Assembly (NCBI GenBank): GCA_003599295.1 | Contig: QZJK01000007.1 | Coordinates: forward strand, 2,228 to 66,227 | DNA length: 64,000 bases | Direction: 5' to 3' | Source of the DNA: Candidatus Parcubacteria bacterium | GTDB taxonomy: Bacteria; Patescibacteriota; Minisyncoccia; Phycocordibacterales; UBA2100 | Shown: positions 37,327-47,940 of the stretch, piece after piece | Numbering within the stretch: the stretch's first letter is position 1 | How the letters are laid out: each line of letters starts with the position of its first letter | Translations under genes and position numbers: made by a program | The notes under the pieces: model-generated | What the model was told of the DNA's origin: nothing | What the model saw: the letters and a program-made list of their open reading frames with translations, nothing else | The model's database searches: none

Positions 37327-39267
37327 GTGTCAAGGAGTAGCGGCCGCTCATGCTATAGTGCGCAGGTGCCGCTGCAGAACGACAAAAAAGCCTTAAATAC
37401 AGCCCAAAAACAGGCTGTTTTGCATACAGAAGGCCCCCTTCTTATAGTCGCCGGGGCGGGCGCGGGGAAGACGAGGACCATCGCCCACCGCGTCACCCAC
37501 CTAATAGGGCAAGGGGTGCCGGCCCACCGGATACTTACCGTCACCTTTACGAACAAGGCGGCGAGCGAGATGCGAGAGCGGATCCGGTCGCTTGTCCCGG
37601 AGGGTCACGGCATGCCTCTCGTCGCCACGTTCCACGCGCTCGGGGTCCGGCTCTTGCGTGAGTTCCATGCCGAAGGTGGGTTCGCGCGCGATTTCAGCAT
37701 TTGGGATAGGGAGGACAGCATCAAGGCCCTCAAGCGCATTCTTGAATCGCTCGGCATCGGCGATGCGGCGCCTCGCTCCGTCCTCGCCGCTATCTCGCGA
37801 GCTAAGGCCGGGGGGAACTCGGGAAGCGCGTATGCAGAACGTGCGCGCACATTTCGAGAACAGCAGGTTGCCCGTGTTTGGGATGCGTACGAACGCGCGC
37901 TTTCGGAAGAAAATGCATTCGATTTTGACGACTTACTTCTTCGTACACTTCTTCTCCTTGAAGGTTCGGATAAGGTACGCGCGCTCCTTCAAAATCGCTG
38001 GAGTCATGTTCACATTGATGAGTATCAGGATACGAACAAGGTGCAGAACAAGATAGCGCGCATTCTTGCGGCTCCGGAAAATAATCTGTGCGTCGTCGGC
38101 GATGGGGACCAGAACATCTATTCGTGGCGGGGCTCCGACATGGAGCTCATGCTCAATTTCGAAACGGAGTTTCCCGCCGCGAAAACGGTTCTTCTGGAAC
38201 AGAACTACCGTTCAACGCGAACCATCCTTGCAGCTGCGAACGCCATCATCGAAAAGAACGTGCGCCGAAAACCGAAAAGGCTGTTTACGGAAAATGAGAT
38301 AGGAGAAGCGATAGTACTCTACGGAGCAAGGAATGATCTCGATGAAGCGTGGTTCGTCGCAGAGAGCGCGAGAGAATTGATCGAGTCGGGGACGAAGCCG
38401 AACGAGATAGCCGTGCTCTACCGAGAGAATTTCCAGTCGCGCGCGCTGGAAGAAGCGTTCCTTACGCTTAGCGTCCCGTACCGCGTCCTCGGCACCCGCT
38501 TTTTCGAACGCAAAGAAGTGAAAGATGTGCTTGCGTACGTGCGCGCATCCCTCAACCCGCGAAGCAAATTGGATGTTTCCCGCGCCGCGACCGCGATCTC
38601 GCGAGGTATCGGAAAGGTCACGCTCGAGAAAATGCTCGCGGGAAACCATGATGCTCTTTCGAAAGCGGCGCGGGAAAAAGTCGAAGTGTTCCAACGCGTG
38701 CTCGCGGAGCTCAAGCATGCGGTCAGAACGCTTCCGGCATCGGAAGCTATTCGTTTCGCGGCGGAGCGGAGCGGCATAGAAAAAGCGCTTCGTGAGGATA
38801 CTGAAGAAGGGCGGGAGCGCCTCGAGAACGTGCGTGAACTTGTGAATCTCGCGGTGCGCTTTGATGACATGACGCCTCCGGAAGGCATCGAGCGGCTGCT
38901 CGAAGAGGCGGCTCTCCAAAGCGAGCAGGATGAGCTTGATGAGGGCGCCGAGGCGGTATCCTTGATGACCGTGCACGCGTCGAAAGGCCTCGAATTCGAC
39001 GCCGTATTCGTGACGGGGCTTGAGCAGGGATTATTTCCGGCCATGCGAGCCGATGACGAAACGTGCGACCCCGAAGAAGAGCGGCGCCTTTTCTACGTTG
39101 CTCTCACGCGCGCCCGGAAACGCATCTTTCTTTCGTACGCGAGCGAGCGCATGCGCTGGGGCTCGCGCGAATACACGCTTCCTTCCGAATTTCTTGAAGA
39201 CATCGACCCGCGCCTCATGCAGAGCGCGGAACGAGGAGCGCCGAGAAACGAACGCATAATTGACTAG
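37327..39267 (+). CDS. uvrD: ATP-dependent DNA helicase UvrD/PcrA family
   Basis: AGAGAGKTRTIAHRV Walker A plus helicase motifs and a UvrD C-terminal domain. The true start is likely GTG near 37366. Confidence 0.85.
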   Translation: MSRSSGRSCYSAQVPLQNDKKALNTAQKQAVLHTEGPLLIVAGAGAGKTRTIAHRVTHLIGQGVPAHRILTVTFTNKAASEMRERIRSLVPEGHGMPLVATFHALGVRLLREFHAEGGFARDFSIWDREDSIKALKRILESLGIGDAAPRSVLAAISRAKAGGNSGSAYAERARTFREQQVARVWDAYERALSEENAFDFDDLLLRTLLLLEGSDKVRALLQNRWSHVHIDEYQDTNKVQNKIARILAAPENNLCVVGDGDQNIYSWRGSDMELMLNFETEFPAAKTVLLEQNYRSTRTILAAANAIIEKNVRRKPKRLFTENEIGEAIVLYGARNDLDEAWFVAESARELIESGTKPNEIAVLYRENFQSRALEEAFLTLSVPYRVLGTRFFERKEVKDVLAYVRASLNPRSKLDVSRAATAISRGIGKVTLEKMLAGNHDALSKAAREKVEVFQRVLAELKHAVRTLPASEAIRFAAERSGIEKALREDTEEGRERLENVRELVNLAVRFDDMTPPEGIERLLEEAALQSEQDELDEGAEAVSLMTVHASKGLEFDAVFVTGLEQGLFPAMRADDETCDPEEERRLFYVALTRARKRIFLSYASERMRWGSREYTLPSEFLEDIDPRLMQSAERGAPRNERIID

Positions 39268-39272
39268 CCTGT

Positions 39273-40064
39273 ATGGGACAAAAACTCGGTCAGCATTTTT
39301 TGAAGGGGGCGTGGGCGGCGCGCGCGCTCGTACGCGCCGCCGGTATTTCGAGCAGCGACACCGTGCTTGAAGTCGGTCCCGGAAAAGGCGCTCTCACGAA
39401 AGAACTTCTTGCAACAGGCGCACGCGTCATCGCGCTCGAGAAAGACGCGCCTCTTGCGAAAGTACTCGAAGAAAAATTCTCCGCGGAGATTCAAGCCGGA
39501 ACTTTGACCGTAGTCTTAGGGGATGTGCGAGACGCGCTGCCCGAACACCTTGGCCTCGAAAATGGACAGTACATCGTTGCGGCGAACATTCCGTACTACA
39601 TAACCGGAGAGATACTGCGGCAGTTCCTCACGGCACAAGCACAGCCGAAACGAATGGCGCTTCTTGTGCAGAAAGAAGTCGCGCAGAGGATAGTTTCAAA
39701 AAGGGAAAGTATCCTCTCGCTTTCGGTGAAGGCGTACGGGGTGCCAAAAATTGCGGCAAAAGTCCCTCGCGGGAATTTCTCCCCGCCACCTTCCGTGGAT
39801 TCTGCGATCATCGTTATCAACGATGTCTCCCGTAACTTTTTCGATACCATTTCGGAGAAGACTTTCTTTGCAATTGTGCGCGCCGGATTTTCCTCGAAGC
39901 GAAAACTGTTATCCGGAAATCTCGCTACTCACGGGCACGCGAAAGATACTGTTACTTCTGCCTTCGCCGCGTGCGATATACCGGAAAAAGCGCGGGCCGA
40001 GGACGTCCCGTTAGAGCAGTGGAAATGCCTGATTGAGAAGCTTGCCGCTCCGGAAAGCGCTTGA
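39273..40064 (+). CDS. rsmA: 16S rRNA (adenine1518/1519-N6) dimethyltransferase
   Basis: MGQKLGQHFL...VLEVGPGKGALT...ANIPY motifs. Confidence 0.85.
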   Translation: MGQKLGQHFLKGAWAARALVRAAGISSSDTVLEVGPGKGALTKELLATGARVIALEKDAPLAKVLEEKFSAEIQAGTLTVVLGDVRDALPEHLGLENGQYIVAANIPYYITGEILRQFLTAQAQPKRMALLVQKEVAQRIVSKRESILSLSVKAYGVPKIAAKVPRGNFSPPPSVDSAIIVINDVSRNFFDTISEKTFFAIVRAGFSSKRKLLSGNLATHGHAKDTVTSAFAACDIPEKARAEDVPLEQWKCLIEKLAAPESA

Positions 40065-40067
40065 AAG

Positions 40068-40403
40068 TCACTGACTTGAGCCGTGCATCGTTATCGCTAT
40101 GCCCGTATAGATAGTGAGCGGTTGGATCTTGTAAATGCAATAGTACGGAGCGCCAGCAAGGCCGAGGAGCCACTGTCCTGCATGGCGCGGCGGCCCGAAG
40201 CTATAGGTCTTGGTCGCCCTTGTCCATATGTACTCTCCGCCCCGAGGCGGACCGAGACTTGAATATATCGTCGAGTTGTAATAGCAGGGAAGAACGATGC
40301 GCGCTTGTCCGCCGAAGGGGAACGCGTACGCAGCGAGCGGGAACAGCGCGCATAACAATCCGACAACTATCGCGAGGACAGGGAATCGCATCGTCATGCC
40401 CAC
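40068..40403 (-). CDS. hypothetical small secreted protein
   Basis: Signal peptide; 111 aa. Confidence 0.35.
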   Translation of the reverse strand: MGMTMRFPVLAIVVGLLCALFPLAAYAFPFGGQARIVLPCYYNSTIYSSLGPPRGGEYIWTRATKTYSFGPPRHAGQWLLGLAGAPYYCIYKIQPLTIYTGIAITMHGSSQ

Positions 40404-40441
40404 ATTGTATCATCGCATGTGCTGTTCACTGACAATTTACC

Positions 40442-41359
40442 TTGTACACTGTTCGTATGGATTGGCTTCGCCTGCACCCGTACACGCTCATCGCCGTCGC
40501 CGTTTCGATACTTGTGCTCGCAGGCGCGTATGTGATCCAGCAGCGTCTCGGTGTGGAACCGGATCCGAACCGGACGGTCGCTTGGGGCGGATTCAACGGG
40601 CTCCTATATCCGGTGGATACGAGCGGGAGAGCAAATACTGCTGCTGAACAAACACTGCCTGACCTGTATCGCGATGTGCAAAGCGGACCGCCGTTCTGGT
40701 ATTCACCGCCCGCTATGGGGGACGCGGGGACGGAAGGGGATGCCAGCACCTTCGATATCGAGGCCTTCATCGCGATGCTTTCCGAAGACTCACCGAACAC
40801 GGGCGGTGATACTGGTTCGGTCGGAGCCGAAACATTCTTCGATGCGTACTCCTTCATTCCGCGGGGGCTTATAGCAACATCTGCGCCCACACAAGTCTTT
40901 ACCGAATCGCAGCAAGCGCTTCACACCTACGGCAATGAGGCCGGTTCTTACATTCAGGTGTTTGAGGATAGGAATCGCGACATGACCCGCGTACTCAAAG
41001 ACCAATTCGAAGATCCCGAGGACGCCCTCAAAAGAAATGCTTTGATAGGGCTTGCGGGAAGTCTCGCGGGCGTCGGGGAGTCGCTTGAAAACATACAAGA
41101 AGTGCCGACAGAGGCTCGGAGCGCAAATACGAAACTCGCTGGAAGCTACCGCGATATGGGAGCCAAACTTGCGCTCGTTCCAAATGCAGGAACGGAAGAA
41201 GAGCTCATCAGCGCGATGCTCACCTATAACGCCGCAGTCGAGGGGTATGTGAAAAATTATGTTGCGCTCGTGACCCTCTTCTCGCTCGCCGAGGTAACAT
41301 TCCGAGACGACGAGCCGGGGAGCGTCTTCATGTTCAGCGGAGGAAGTGGAGGATTTTAG
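40442..41359 (+). CDS. hypothetical membrane-anchored protein (T4SS-like cluster)
   Basis: An N-terminal TM helix and a helical periplasmic domain. Confidence 0.4.
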   Translation: MYTVRMDWLRLHPYTLIAVAVSILVLAGAYVIQQRLGVEPDPNRTVAWGGFNGLLYPVDTSGRANTAAEQTLPDLYRDVQSGPPFWYSPPAMGDAGTEGDASTFDIEAFIAMLSEDSPNTGGDTGSVGAETFFDAYSFIPRGLIATSAPTQVFTESQQALHTYGNEAGSYIQVFEDRNRDMTRVLKDQFEDPEDALKRNALIGLAGSLAGVGESLENIQEVPTEARSANTKLAGSYRDMGAKLALVPNAGTEEELISAMLTYNAAVEGYVKNYVALVTLFSLAEVTFRDDEPGSVFMFSGGSGGF

Positions 41360-41424
41360 ATACCCGAAGGAAGTAGATAGCCGGAAGTTTTTGAGTATTC
41401 CCCTGAACGTCTTGCGGGCAGGGC

Positions 41425-42291
41425 TTGGAAGCGTCATCGTACGCTATACTTTCCTATGTGAGAAACGAATCCTGGCATATCGGGAGTTCTCCCTCTATAA
41501 CACTCGCCGCCGGGTTTGCAGTGCTTGCACTCATAGCCGTTGCGGTATGGCAATTTGCGGAGCAATCGCGGGGCGGAAACATCACCAGTAATCCGGAGGA
41601 CGGGAGGGTCAGCCTTGCCGCACCCGAACGCGCGCCGAAGAGCTATTTTAATTGGCAGCAGGCGCCGGACTCGCTCTTAACCGATGCCTCCTCTGACACA
41701 TCCGATCCGGACGGTCTTTCATATATAGAAGACAATGTATTGGGAGCCCTGGTCGGTTCTTACGTCGCGTTGAATGATGCTGGTACCTACACCTCGAGCG
41801 CGGGACAGGAGGTCGCTGAATTCATCGCCTCGGACCTGCGCGCGAATGTCTCGTATGAGATATATTCTCCCGAAGATTTCCAGATAGACGCTGATGATTC
41901 TCTCGGACGAATGCTTTCATACCGGAACGATCTGCGCATTGCACTTGAACCTCTGCTCCAAAACACTACATACGAACTTGAGGTGTTCGCGTACTATGTC
42001 GACACGAATGACGAGGCATATCTTACTGAACTCGCTCGCATGGCCGGAAATTACCGCAGTGCCACCGACAATGCGCTCAAAGTTGTCGTCCCCGCAAATG
42101 CCGTCGCGTACCACGTCGGCATACTGAACGCATTGTCGGAATTCGAGGTGATACTGGCGAGACTGACCGAAAACGCCGATGATCCGTATGCTGCTGCAGC
42201 GCTCCTGCGCACGTTCAACAGCGCGGAAATGAACATGCTCTCGTCATTTAACGCACTCGCGGGCTATTTCCGTGAGAACATCCAATCATGA
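41425..42291 (+). CDS. hypothetical membrane-anchored protein (T4SS-like cluster)
   Basis: A TM helix near the N-terminus. It overlaps the next gene by 4 nt. Confidence 0.4.
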   Translation: MEASSYAILSYVRNESWHIGSSPSITLAAGFAVLALIAVAVWQFAEQSRGGNITSNPEDGRVSLAAPERAPKSYFNWQQAPDSLLTDASSDTSDPDGLSYIEDNVLGALVGSYVALNDAGTYTSSAGQEVAEFIASDLRANVSYEIYSPEDFQIDADDSLGRMLSYRNDLRIALEPLLQNTTYELEVFAYYVDTNDEAYLTELARMAGNYRSATDNALKVVVPANAVAYHVGILNALSEFEVILARLTENADDPYAAAALLRTFNSAEMNMLSSFNALAGYFRENIQS

Positions 42292-43916
42292 ATACTCGAA
42301 CCCTGATTCTCCACGTGCTCATACTCGCAATGCTTCTTATCGGCCTTGCAGGTGTCGCAACACCCGCGTACGGGCAAACGTGCGTGAACGGCAATCTCAT
42401 TGATGACCAAACCGGCGAAGTGATAGGGGTGTGCGATCCGTTCCAATTCCAGCGCGCGGGCATATTCGGCTGCAATCAAACCGGCTCGTACTCAATGAAT
42501 GTCGGCGCGCTTTCAGCTGTTGGCGGCGTCTATGTGCCGGTCAACGACGCGGCGGTGACCCTGAATACCGGATATCTCGTTTATAAGGAGTGCGTGCTTG
42601 ATGGCATCAGCAAACGCATGGGCGAGAGCGCTTCGACCGGACTTGTGAACAAAGGCGTGACCGATGTTGTCACCGGAAGAAACGGCGGTCCGCTTTGGCC
42701 CGTGGATCTTGCGGCTGACGTGAAGGAGCGAAGTAATCAATCTCGCTTGCATTCTCTTGAGAGTGGCTTCTTCTCTGACGTTCACCCCGCTCTTCGGAAC
42801 GATGTCATCCGCGCAACTACGTTGGATTACCAAGCGAGAACGCAAGACCCAACCCGTATGCTTACATGTCCTTACTCAGGAGATATTAGGGCAGTCTGGG
42901 AAAACAGGTCCGGTGACATCCTAAACGGGCTTCTTGCTCTTTCGAACCCTGCATGCAACCCTTTGGGTGCTACGATTCTCGCGCAATATCAAGCTGATAC
43001 AAAAGATGCCGCCGCGGTTGATGAAATGGCTTTCCGACTCACTACTGCCCAAGGTTTTTACGGCATCGAAGAATTCAATCCAGAAACTGGCAGATACGAA
43101 ACACGTACGCCGGGATCCGTTGTCTCTGGTAATCTTCAACAACTCCTCCAATCCGGTTTTAGACAACTTGAGAACGCTACTGAAATCGACCAAATGGTCG
43201 GGGCGCTATTTTCCGGTCTTTCTACGCAGGCCATTTCCGACAGCCGGGGTCTTATCGGCCTCTTACAGCCATCTCTTGGGCAACCTTCGTACTTGGACCA
43301 AATGGCACGAGAGGCATCGCAAGGTTTGCGCGATTCTGCCATCAATGCTGCACTTCAGATCCTTTCTGCCGCGCGACAAGTTGAAACGACGTACTTTAAC
43401 GCCATGAACGCGATAGCAAGCAACTTAACGCAAACAATAAATCAGCTTCGTTCGGCAGAGACCAGTTGCTGGGCGCTCGTCGTGCCAGCCGCACAGGCAT
43501 ACGCGAATCAGAACGGATTCCAAATAACCGCGGCAACTACCACGACAGCCTCACAACAAATAATAGATTCGCAGATTTCCCCCTTGGCGACAACGACTGT
43601 GTCTAACATAGCGCGAAGTCAGCAGGCGCTTGAGTTGATAAACCGACTCATCGCTGGAATCACTAATACCTCTTCTATCGAATCTCAGCGCCTCGCACTT
43701 CAGCAGCTGGACTCACTTGTTGCACAAGGACTGCTTCATAACCAGTACGACGCGCAGCAGGCAACGCAACGGCGTGAAGATGTGCAAACCGCGATGGCAA
43801 CACTTGTGGAGGATACCATTGTTGCGTGGGCGGATTCTCCGGACACGAACGTTGGCTGGTGCAACGTCAACAATCCGGAAATTGGCATGATTTGGGCAGA
43901 GCGGTGGAGAAGATAG
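42288..43916 (+). CDS. hypothetical large secreted protein (T4SS-like cluster)
   Basis: A signal peptide; 542 aa rich in Gln, Ala and Thr. Confidence 0.45.
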   Translation: MNTRTLILHVLILAMLLIGLAGVATPAYGQTCVNGNLIDDQTGEVIGVCDPFQFQRAGIFGCNQTGSYSMNVGALSAVGGVYVPVNDAAVTLNTGYLVYKECVLDGISKRMGESASTGLVNKGVTDVVTGRNGGPLWPVDLAADVKERSNQSRLHSLESGFFSDVHPALRNDVIRATTLDYQARTQDPTRMLTCPYSGDIRAVWENRSGDILNGLLALSNPACNPLGATILAQYQADTKDAAAVDEMAFRLTTAQGFYGIEEFNPETGRYETRTPGSVVSGNLQQLLQSGFRQLENATEIDQMVGALFSGLSTQAISDSRGLIGLLQPSLGQPSYLDQMAREASQGLRDSAINAALQILSAARQVETTYFNAMNAIASNLTQTINQLRSAETSCWALVVPAAQAYANQNGFQITAATTTTASQQIIDSQISPLATTTVSNIARSQQALELINRLIAGITNTSSIESQRLALQQLDSLVAQGLLHNQYDAQQATQRREDVQTAMATLVEDTIVAWADSPDTNVGWCNVNNPEIGMIWAERWRR

Positions 43917-43939
43917 TTTGAAAGGAGATTTACTACCGT

Positions 43940-46093
43940 ATGGGTTTCCTTTTAAGATTTCCGGGGGTTACGAGCGCCATTGGAGCGCTTGCAAGTTGGC
44001 TGGGTCTCGGTGCCGCAGCAATCGGAGCAGCGTATTTGTTTTCGAGCTACCTCATAGCGGCGATAACCGCGCTACTTTTGGAGATAGCTGTTCGTATACT
44101 AGTCATAGCGAGCACGATATTTAACTTCCTAGTCGAGCGAATTGTTATCGCTTTTGGACAAACTTTGAGGGAGTTGCAAATAAGTGGCGGCATAGAGACT
44201 GTGTGGGAGGTTTTTAGAGACCTTTCAAATATCGTAATAATCGGCATGTTCGTCTTTATTGCGATATCTTTGATCCTCGGCATTAAAGGATACGGGGAGC
44301 GTAAGATGATAGCGAGGGTGCTCGTCATTGCTGTTCTTATGAACTTTAGCCTGCTTTTCACGAGAATTATCATTGATGCCTCGAACTTCACCGCGTATCA
44401 ATTTTATACGGCGGCAGCACTGTCGAACGCTGGCGGAAATCCCGAGCTCCTTGAACAAGAGCGCGCCAACGGCATCGCCGGGAGATTTCTACAAATAATG
44501 GGGGTCGGCGGCTTCCTGGCAAACGCTGACGTGGCGTATGACATCGCCGAAAATCAAGGTGCAACTGTTGCGGCAACATATGGTTTAGTCGCCATCTTCC
44601 TAGTTGTCGCAGTAATTGCGACTCTGTTGTATGCGTCGTTCCTCATTGTAGCGCGTGGTGTGCTTTTAATATTTCTAATGATAGTTTCTCCATTAGCTTT
44701 TGCCAGTTATCTAATGCCTACCTACGAAAAAAGCGGCTGGAAAAGGTGGTGGGAAACATTGCTGAAGAGTGCTATTTTCTTTCCGCTCCTTACCATCTTT
44801 CTCTGGGCGTCACTCGTGTTATTAAGCAACGCAACGGGAGGCACCATAACGATCGCGGAATTTCTTGCAAACCCCACTACGCCTAATGCATGGCAGCCTA
44901 TTATCATTCTACTGTTTTCCGTTGCACTCTTATTCTTGTCGATACGGTTTGCGAGCAATTTTTCCGGTTCTATCGCCGGATGGAGTGGTGCAGCTGCGGC
45001 AACGTTGGCGCCATTTACGCTTGGTGCTCGGTTCGGCTTGGCGCCGGTTTTACGAACATGGCGCGGTAGAGCAAATCAGAGGCAGGCCCTGGGAATCGGT
45101 GAGGAGATCGAGAAGGAAAAAATGGAGGCGGCCAAGGCTCGCGCAGCTGGTAAGACATACGACATGACAAATATGTCGAAACTTATTAGAAAGCAGGAGA
45201 GAAAAGAGGGGTGGGCGAAGAGCGATTACAATGTATTCCAAACAAAGCCGGCTCAAATGTTTACAAAGGGAGTCGGTGTTACAGGACTTCTGTCAGGTGC
45301 GAGAGAGAAACCGCTCGGAGGGTTCGCTGCAGGAGCAAAGGCACGCTCCGAAGCAGCAGCAAAGGCAGCGTCGGAAAAGGTCGTCATCACTGAACGTGCC
45401 GCCGCAGAGAAACTTCGCGAAGAAAAGAAGAGTGACAGGAACTACAAGCTACAGCGTGATGCAATAGAGGAACAACGCAAGAATAGTTCTGAGCTTTTGA
45501 AGGCAACCCGAGAAGCTGCTCAACAATTGAGTGAAAAACATCAGGTTGCCAAAGAAGAAGCCGGCCGAGTGGAGAGCGAGGCGAGGGCAGCAAAGGTGCA
45601 GATTGAAGAGCAATATCAGGGCGGAGCGGGCTCAATAAGCAAGGCAGACCGAGACCGTCTTATTAGGGAACAGGATGACCGTATCGAGGGCGCTAAAAAA
45701 CAAGTCCAGACATCTGAAAGTCAGATTACCGAAATTGAGAGTAGAACGAAAGATCTAGAGAAAACCTTTAATAAAGCAGTGGGTGAATTACGAGAGTTTG
45801 ATAAGAATGTAGAAACGGAAATTAGTCAGAGCGCGAGAAAAATTGCTGAACAGAGCGTCAAAAACGCCCAAGAGGTAGGGGCTCGGCTCACAAGCAATAG
45901 GTTTACTGATTATCTTCCACGAGGGGTCAGGGAAAGCTTGGATGGCAGAACTGTGGCTAAAATGGCCAGGAGTAGTACAAAGAAAAAAGCTGGGTTAGGA
46001 AGACTCAAACAACGCATCCAAGCTGAACGTGAGATACTGGATTCCGCTGGCGAAGGGAGTGCCGGCAATGGAGCATCTGAAGAGAAGAAATAA
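43940..46093 (+). CDS. VirB6/TrbL-like polytopic membrane protein with long C-terminal coiled-coil extension
   Basis: At least six TM helices in the first roughly 350 aa, followed by a roughly 370-aa K/E/A/R-rich helical region. Confidence 0.5.
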   Translation: MGFLLRFPGVTSAIGALASWLGLGAAAIGAAYLFSSYLIAAITALLLEIAVRILVIASTIFNFLVERIVIAFGQTLRELQISGGIETVWEVFRDLSNIVIIGMFVFIAISLILGIKGYGERKMIARVLVIAVLMNFSLLFTRIIIDASNFTAYQFYTAAALSNAGGNPELLEQERANGIAGRFLQIMGVGGFLANADVAYDIAENQGATVAATYGLVAIFLVVAVIATLLYASFLIVARGVLLIFLMIVSPLAFASYLMPTYEKSGWKRWWETLLKSAIFFPLLTIFLWASLVLLSNATGGTITIAEFLANPTTPNAWQPIIILLFSVALLFLSIRFASNFSGSIAGWSGAAAATLAPFTLGARFGLAPVLRTWRGRANQRQALGIGEEIEKEKMEAAKARAAGKTYDMTNMSKLIRKQERKEGWAKSDYNVFQTKPAQMFTKGVGVTGLLSGAREKPLGGFAAGAKARSEAAAKAASEKVVITERAAAEKLREEKKSDRNYKLQRDAIEEQRKNSSELLKATREAAQQLSEKHQVAKEEAGRVESEARAAKVQIEEQYQGGAGSISKADRDRLIREQDDRIEGAKKQVQTSESQITEIESRTKDLEKTFNKAVGELREFDKNVETEISQSARKIAEQSVKNAQEVGARLTSNRFTDYLPRGVRESLDGRTVAKMARSSTKKKAGLGRLKQRIQAEREILDSAGEGSAGNGASEEKK

Positions 46094-46098
46094 CAATT

Positions 46099-46683
46099 AT
46101 GGACCCCGAAGAAAAGGAACTTGACGCAAAAATGAAGGAGCGTTTCGCGCAACTGCCGAAAGTAGTGCAGGATGCCATCACATCTGCCGACGTTGAAAAA
46201 AGATTACGTGCTCTCGCGGACACGCATAAATTGCATCTCGACCAATGGGAGACGCTCGAGAACGAGGTAATGCTCTCGCTTCTCGGATTTTCTCCTGTCG
46301 AGGAGCTCAAGGAAAATATACGGGTGGAAGTCGGCGTGCCGGAAAATACAGCGGAGCAACTCGCGAGTGATATCTCAAAATTGGTATTTGAACCTGTTCG
46401 ACAAGAACTCGAACGCGGACTTGCGCATCCGGAAGCAAAGAAGGAGGACGTAAGCAATGTCGAGGCGGCGCGTCGAGAGGTGCTCGAGAAAGCTCCGATT
46501 CCCAATGAAACCGCGGTTCCGAAACCGACCGAACCGATACCGGTGGTTGGAATACCTTCTTCGGCGGTACCTCCGGAGAAAAAAGCGGAACGCGGACCAG
46601 CCTCCGGCGCATACATACCCGGCGAACCCTCTTCTGCGAGAAAAGTCGTGGAAGACGACCCCTACCGCGAGCCGCCGGCGTGA
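46099..46683 (+). CDS. hypothetical protein (T4SS-like cluster)
   Basis: 194 aa, acidic, with a Pro-rich C-terminus. Confidence 0.35.
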   Translation: MDPEEKELDAKMKERFAQLPKVVQDAITSADVEKRLRALADTHKLHLDQWETLENEVMLSLLGFSPVEELKENIRVEVGVPENTAEQLASDISKLVFEPVRQELERGLAHPEAKKEDVSNVEAARREVLEKAPIPNETAVPKPTEPIPVVGIPSSAVPPEKKAERGPASGAYIPGEPSSARKVVEDDPYREPPA

Positions 46684-46725
46684 ACAACCGAGAATTCTTC
46701 AGCTTTGCGCTGATATAATGAGCGC

Positions 46726-47232
46726 ATGCAATTTCAGGTCCCTCAATTCATAGAGGTGGAGGATAAGATATTCGGACCCCTGACCTTCAAGCAGTTCGTG
46801 TACATTGCTGGGGGAGCGGGCGCGGCCTACCTCTTGTGGCGCGTATTGCCTCTGTTCCTTGCGGCCCCGCTCATTCTCGCCGTTGCAGGGTTCGCCGCGA
46901 GTCTGGCGTTCCTGCAATTCAACGGTCGTCCGTTCATCCTCGCAATAGAGAACAGTTTCTTTTATTTTCTAAAGACAAAGCTTTACCTCTGGAATAACGA
47001 GGAGAAAACCAAGAAAGTGGAGGCTCGCCGCTCCACTCCGAACGCCGCAACGCCATCGCAGGTGTATGTTCCGAAGCTTTCCGACAGCAAGCTGCACGAA
47101 CTCGCGTGGAGCCTCGACATTAAAGAACGCATCGCCGGAGGGGTCGCCTCAGGCGAAGAGCGTAGTGAGATTACTACTCCCGCTCCCGGCATCGTCGCAC
47201 CCGTGCGCACTGCGCGCGAAGCGCGCATATGA
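46726..47232 (+). CDS. PrgI/VirB3-like small membrane protein
   Basis: MQFQVPQFIEVEDKIFGPLTFKQF followed by two TM helices. It sits directly upstream of VirB4, as in Gram-positive T4SSs. Confidence 0.5.
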   Translation: MQFQVPQFIEVEDKIFGPLTFKQFVYIAGGAGAAYLLWRVLPLFLAAPLILAVAGFAASLAFLQFNGRPFILAIENSFFYFLKTKLYLWNNEEKTKKVEARRSTPNAATPSQVYVPKLSDSKLHELAWSLDIKERIAGGVASGEERSEITTPAPGIVAPVRTAREARI

Positions 47233-47255
47233 TGAAATCATCTAACTGAATCGCC

Positions 47256-47939
47256 ATGCCTCCAAAACTCCAAAATATCCGAGCAAGCAAGAAGTCCACA
47301 CAGGAATTCGTCCCCATTTCCGAGGTGCGCGACGGCGTCGTCGTTCTGAAAGACGGCGGTCTTCGCGCTATTCTTTTGGCGTCCTCGCTCAACTTCGCCC
47401 TCAAATCAGAAGATGAGCAGACCGCGTTCATCGTGCAATTCCAGAACTTCCTCAACTCCCTCGATTTCTCTGTGCAGATATTCATCCAGTCGCGCATGCT
47501 CGATATACGACCGTACGTCGCGACCCTCGAAACAGCATATAAAGGACAGCTCGACGATCTCATGCGCATTCAGATACGCGAATATATCGAATTCGTCAAA
47601 AGTTTCACGGAGGCGGCGAATATCATGACGAAGAATTTCTTCGTTGCGGTCCCCTATTCTCCCGGCGCCGTGCAGATATCGAAAGGGGGTCGTTCTTCTT
47701 TTCTTCCTTGGAACAAGAACAAGGGAGGGGGCGAAGAGCTCAACAAGACATTCGAGGAGCAGGTGACCCAGCTCGAGCAGCGTGTTGCGATCGTGCAGCA
47801 GGGATTGATACGAACAGGCGTACGCACGGTGCAATTGGGGACGGAAGAGGCTATCGAGCTTCTCTATAAGATGTTCAATCCCGGTGAAGAGGGAAAGCCG
47901 ATGACGTTGAACCAAGAAGTCGCAAACGCGAAGCAATAA
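47256..47939 (+). CDS. VirB4 N-terminal-domain-like protein (separate ORF)
   Basis: VPISEVRDGVVVLKDGGLRAIL...NFALKSEDEQTAFIVQFQNFLNSLDFSVQIFIQS resembles the N-terminal domain of conjugative VirB4/TraE. It ends 1 nt before the VirB4 ORF in a different frame. Confidence 0.5.
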   Translation: MPPKLQNIRASKKSTQEFVPISEVRDGVVVLKDGGLRAILLASSLNFALKSEDEQTAFIVQFQNFLNSLDFSVQIFIQSRMLDIRPYVATLETAYKGQLDDLMRIQIREYIEFVKSFTEAANIMTKNFFVAVPYSPGAVQISKGGRSSFLPWNKNKGGGEELNKTFEEQVTQLEQRVAIVQQGLIRTGVRTVQLGTEEAIELLYKMFNPGEEGKPMTLNQEVANAKQ

Positions 47940-47940
47940 T

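Noticed and set aside
37011-37365. RNase P RNA candidate (minus-strand AGGGTGAAGGGGACGGTG resembles the GGGTGAAANGGTG region)
   Set aside because: The P4 strands (AAGTCCGGGC / CCCGGCTT) are not found in the correct order. The match is too weak to call.
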